Positions 59,636 to 64,000 of a stretch of 64,000 nucleotides of DNA are shown piece by piece. Source of the DNA: Hormiphora californensis (lineage: Eukaryota; Animalia; Ctenophora); the NCBI GenBank assembly GCA_020137815.1, contig CM035355.1, forward strand, positions 1,488,001 to 1,552,000, given 5' to 3'. The translations under genes and the position numbers were made by a program. The notes under the pieces were generated by a model that was not told the DNA's origin, did not search any database, and was given only the letters and a program-made list of their open reading frames with translations. How positions within the stretch are numbered: position 1 is the first letter of the stretch; each line of letters starts with the position of its first letter.

Positions 59636-61126
59636 CTCAGAGACAGAGACAGCTGAGACAGAGGCAGCTGAGACAGAGACAGTGCAGCTGAGACAGAGAC
59701 AGCTGAGACAGAGACAGAGACAGAGACAGAGACAGAGACAGAGACAGAGACAGAGACAGAGACAGAGACAGAGACAGAGACAGAGACAGAGACAGAGACA
59801 GAGACAGAGACAGAGACAGAGACAGAGACAGAGACAGAGACAGAGACAGAGACAGAGACAGAGACAGAGACAGAGACAGAGACAGAGACAGAGACAGAGA
59901 CAGAGACAGAGACAGAGACAGAGACAGAGACAGAGACAGAGACAGAGACAGAGACAGAGACAGAGACAGAGACAGCTGAGACAGAGACAGCTGAGACAGA
60001 GACAGAGACAGCTGAGACGGAGACAGAGACAGCTGAGACAGAGACAGAGACAGCTGAGACAGAGACAGTTGAGACAGAGGCAGCTGAGACAGAGACAGTT
60101 GAGACAGACTACAGAGACAGCTGAGACAGTGACAGCTGAAATAAAATCAGCTGAGATAGTGACAGCTGAGACAGAGACAGAAATAAAAACAGCTGAGACA
60201 GTGACAGCTGAGACAGTGACAGCTGAGACAGTGACAGCTGAGACAGTGACAGCTGAGGCAGCTGAAACAGCTGAGACAGTGACAGCTGAGACAGTGACAG
60301 CTGAGACAGAGACAGCTGAGACAGAGACAGCTGAGACAGAGACAGCTGAGACAGAGACAGTTGAGACAGAGACAGCTGAGACAGAGACAGCTGAGACAAA
60401 GACAGCTGAGACAGAGACAGCTGTGACAGAGAAAGCGGAGACAAAGACAGCTGAGACAGTGACAGCTGAGACAGATATAGCTGAGACAGTGATAGAAAGA
60501 CAGAGACAGATGAGACAGCGACAGCTGAGACAGAGACAGTTGAGACAGAGACAGCTGAGACAGTGACAGCTGAGACAGTGACAGCTGTGTCATAGACAGA
60601 AACAGTTGAGACAGAGACAGCTGAGACAAAGACAGATAAGACAGAGACAGCTTTGTTAGAGACAGAGACAGCTGAGAAAGAGACCGCTGAGACAGAGAAA
60701 GCTGAGACAGAGACAGCTGAGACAGAGACAGTTGAGACAGTGACAGCTGAGACAGAGACAGCTGAGACAGAGACAGCTGAGACAGAGACAGCTGAGACAT
60801 GACAAAGACAGATGATACAGTGACAGCTTAGACAGAGACAGCTGAGACAGAGACAGCTGAGATAAAGACAGCTGAGACAGTGACAGCTGAGACAGAGACA
60901 GTTGATACAGAGACATCTGAGACATCTGAGACAGAGACAGCTGAGACAGAGACAGCTGAGACAGAGACAGTTGAGACAGAGACAGCTGAGACAGAGACAG
61001 CTGAGATAAAGACAGCTGAGACAGAGACAGCTGAGATAAAGACAGCTGAGACAGAGACAGCAGGGACAGTGACAGCTGAGACAGAGGCAGCTGAGACAGA
61101 GATAGCTGAGACAGCGACAGCTGAGA
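59636..61126. repeat. Satellite: (GAGACA)n grading into a 15-bp (GAGACAGCTGAGACA)n array
   Basis: 1.5-kb tandem array; the QRQR/ETAET/SQLSL ORFs are its translations. Confidence 0.97.
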
Positions 61127-62144
61127 TGCGGAGGCCGGACAATAAGTTTTTGTACACAAATCCGTGATAATTTATTCATCAACTCAGCTCAAACTAAATT
61201 TACGATAAACGTAAAATGCAAATGGCTTCTTCAAAGCCATATTTCAATTACGGCCTCCTCCGGTGCATCTAATCTATTATAATCCCCCAGTTGGGACGTA
61301 TCCGGAAGACATCTCGTGATGTACAAGGGATCAGATCGCAGTGGGCAAAGGATTGTTTTAATATTTGAGAACGGTTGTTCAGCGAGAAAAGCAAATCATA
61401 GTAGGCAGAACAATGTGTCGAATGTAAGCAAGGAAAAGCGTATTGTCCATGGGAATGCAGTGATTCGATTAACAGTGCAACTAGTACTGCAGCAGGGAAC
61501 AAACTTCTACAGCTGCACTAATAACGCCTTCCAAGAATCAAAGATCTTAATCTCTCTATCACTTATCAGAGATTGTTTTTGGTCATTCACAAGAGCTTGT
61601 GAAGTTGAAGACGTATGTTTGAATATGTTTGACAGAATCGAAAGACCATTCCAAAGGTATACCGTAGAACTGGGTTTGGCTGTAGCTTACTGAACTATTT
61701 ATAAATACCGGTGTTCCATACAACGTACGCAGTAATGCTATTGTTTCATTTTAAAATATCCGCTGGCACATCCAGTTTCAGTTTGTGACTTGTATCCGAT
61801 TCTTAAGAATATGTAAATTTAAAGAAGGACAAAAGGCATTTGTGGAAATGATAGTAGCATGACCCTTTGACTCGTGGTCTAGGTATAGAAGCACATCAGC
61901 TCATCTGTAGCACGTCTATAGCACTCTGGAAGGTGTATCGGGGTGTCACTGTCTAGGGTGTCTATATTGCACAGGTGTTTTCCGCAAACGTTACCTGTAA
62001 AAGCACTCATGCCTTTGGGTAATTCATTTAAGTTTGTTCAAGTGTGCTATTTGGCATAGTTCTGGAGATTTTGCGCACAATTGCGGCTAGGCGGTGCTTG
62101 CTACGATATGAAAATTAGTGCTTCCGCATTCCGTCTTCTAGACC

Positions 62145-63325
62145 GGCAATTTCTCATTTGCCGCATACGGCGTCTAGACGGCGTCGCAACGCCGTCTAGA
62201 CGGTGTCTAGACGGTATACCGTCTGGACGGGTTTCGGTGAAATCAGCTAAAAACGGTACCGAAATTGCTTGAGACGGGTTATAGACGGTATCAGACGGTC
62301 TCTAGACGCGTTATAGACGGTATCAGACGGTGTTGCGACGGTATCAGACGGTCTCTAGACGGTGTCTAGACGGTACCGTCCCGGTGTCTAGACGGTGTCT
62401 GGACGGTGTCTAGACGGTATCCGTCCGAAGTTGAGACGGCACGTCTGAAAATTGTACCAGACGTTGAGACGGACTTTTAGAACTCCGTCTGTATTTCAGA
62501 CGGAGTTTTAAAAGTACGTCTCAACGCAGTCTAATGGAAAATCGATGAAAGTACCATCTAGACAACGTCTCAACTGAAACCGGTCAACATACCGTCTAGA
62601 CAACTTCTCCAGCAATTTCGATACGAATACCGTCTAAACAACGTCTAGACAACGTCTTAAACACATGTAGTACATTCAATAGGCACACATCTACCACTAA
62701 TTCCAACTGGCATGGGTAATCCAGAATGGTCTTCAAAAACGGTCGAGTCTAGACATCATTATTTGAGACGTTGTCTAGACGTTGTTTAGACGGTATTCGT
62801 ATCGAAATTGCTGGAGAAGTTGTCTAGACGGTATTTGAAACTGAATCGCGAGATTCTGTTTAGACGTTGTCTAGACGGTATGTTGACCGGTTTCAGTTGA
62901 GACGTTGTCTAGACGGTACTTTCATCGATTTTCCTTTAGACTGCGTTGAGACGTACTTTTAAAACTCCGTCTGAAATACAGACGGAGTTCTAAAAGTCCG
63001 TCTCAACGTCTGGTACAATTTTCAGACGTGCCGTCTCAACTTCGGACGGATACCGTCTAGACACCGTCCAGACACCGTCTAGACACCGGGACGGTACCGT
63101 CTAGACACCGTCTAGAGACCGTCTGATACCGTCGCAACACCGTCTGATACCGTCTATAACCCGTCTAGAGACCGTCTGATACCGTCTATAACCCGTCTCA
63201 AGCAATTTCGGTACCGTTTTTAGCTGATTTCACCGAAACCCGTCCAGACGGTATACCGTCTAGACACCGTCTAGACGGCGTTGCGACGCCGTCTAGACGC
63301 CGTATGCGGCAAATGAGAAATTGCC
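62145..63325. mobile_element. Foldback / Mutator-type non-autonomous element with ~520-bp TIRs and a 9-bp TSD
   Basis: Arms GGCAATTTCTCATTTGCCGCATACGG... are near-perfect inverted repeats; TTCTAGACC is duplicated at 62136-62144 and 63326-63334; arms are built of GTCTAGACGGT subrepeats. Confidence 0.92.
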
Positions 63326-64000
63326 TTCTAGACCCTACTATAATACTACCAGCATATGAGGTACAGTGATGCATATAACCAGTGCAGAAATTTGGGGTTA
63401 AAGTCCACCCTGCCAAGTTTTTTATGATCGAGGAAAGGATAAATAGTAACGACATTTGTTCCAAAGACCAAAATCAACTTAATAATAATTCATAAAGATA
63501 TCATACATAAGAAGACAGAAGTTGTATATAACAGAAAGTAGAAGAAGTTCTAAGATATTTCATTGTCAAGATAGTAAATAACCCGCGGAGGACTGAATCA
63601 AGAGCATGCAAAACAAAACGTATTTCGCCGACACGTCGACAACTGCCGCACCACATTGTTGAGTAACTCAACAAACACCACCCTGGTTGTTTCTTCTTCT
63701 TGTTGAGTGAACAAGTAGTTGGTTACTGCAGGTTAACCTCTGAGTTCAGCAACTTTCCAACTGTGCCAGTCACGTAATCTAAAAGAAAGAAGTTGCGTAA
63801 CGGAAAGAAGTTGAATTCACCACTGAGCAGCCACTGCTGCTGGAGAGTTATTTCATCTAACTAAAAACACACTTTACAACGAAATAATACAACACACTTT
63901 ATATCTTTTAGACTACTATTTTTTAGACTACTTTAATTCTACCTGAAAAGTCGACTAGCTTCTGAAGGCGTCGCTTCTTGTTCACACAGGCAAAGTAAAC

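Noticed and set aside
59682-61182. Long ORFs of 294, 357, 217 aa and others (RQRQ, CLSCL, ETAET)
   Set aside because: Stop-free frames of a satellite on both strands; no unique coding sequence.
61316-61693. 125-aa ORF and a Cys-rich alternative frame
   Set aside because: No recognisable domain or consistent splice sites; cannot be supported.
62081-63464. Two ORFs with identical C-termini on opposite strands
   Set aside because: A consequence of the foldback palindrome, not duplicated genes.

Overview
Eukaryotic (animal) genomic DNA: intron-rich, AG/CT-microsatellite-rich, GT-AG spliceosomal introns. The repeat landscape and nested genes suggest a ctenophore such as Pleurobrachia/Hormiphora (inference, not proven). 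Three multi-exon genes were reconstructed by hand. (1) An EF-hand + WD40 protein (WDR49/CFAP337/WDY-like), minus strand, 110-14320, 25 in-phase exons, 3' end beyond the window. (2) A RA-FHA-DIL-PDZ protein (RADIL/afadin family), plus strand, ~21860/24734-29967, with several probable +1 assembly errors. (3) An SLC8 Na+/Ca2+ exchanger, minus strand, 33371-51792. The most striking signals are a pair of duplicated, obligately mutually exclusive exons encoding the Ca2+-sensing half of NCX CBD2; an intronless 1045-aa antisense gene nested in an NCX intron, carrying 5-6 copies of an unrecognised ~58-aa beta-rich domain; and a small nested signal-peptide/half-sushi/GPI gene in a WD-gene intron. The rest is non-autonomous DNA transposons (MITEs, a foldback with a 9-bp TSD), LINE fragments and satellites. 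Most short ORFs in the supplied track are microsatellite artefacts.
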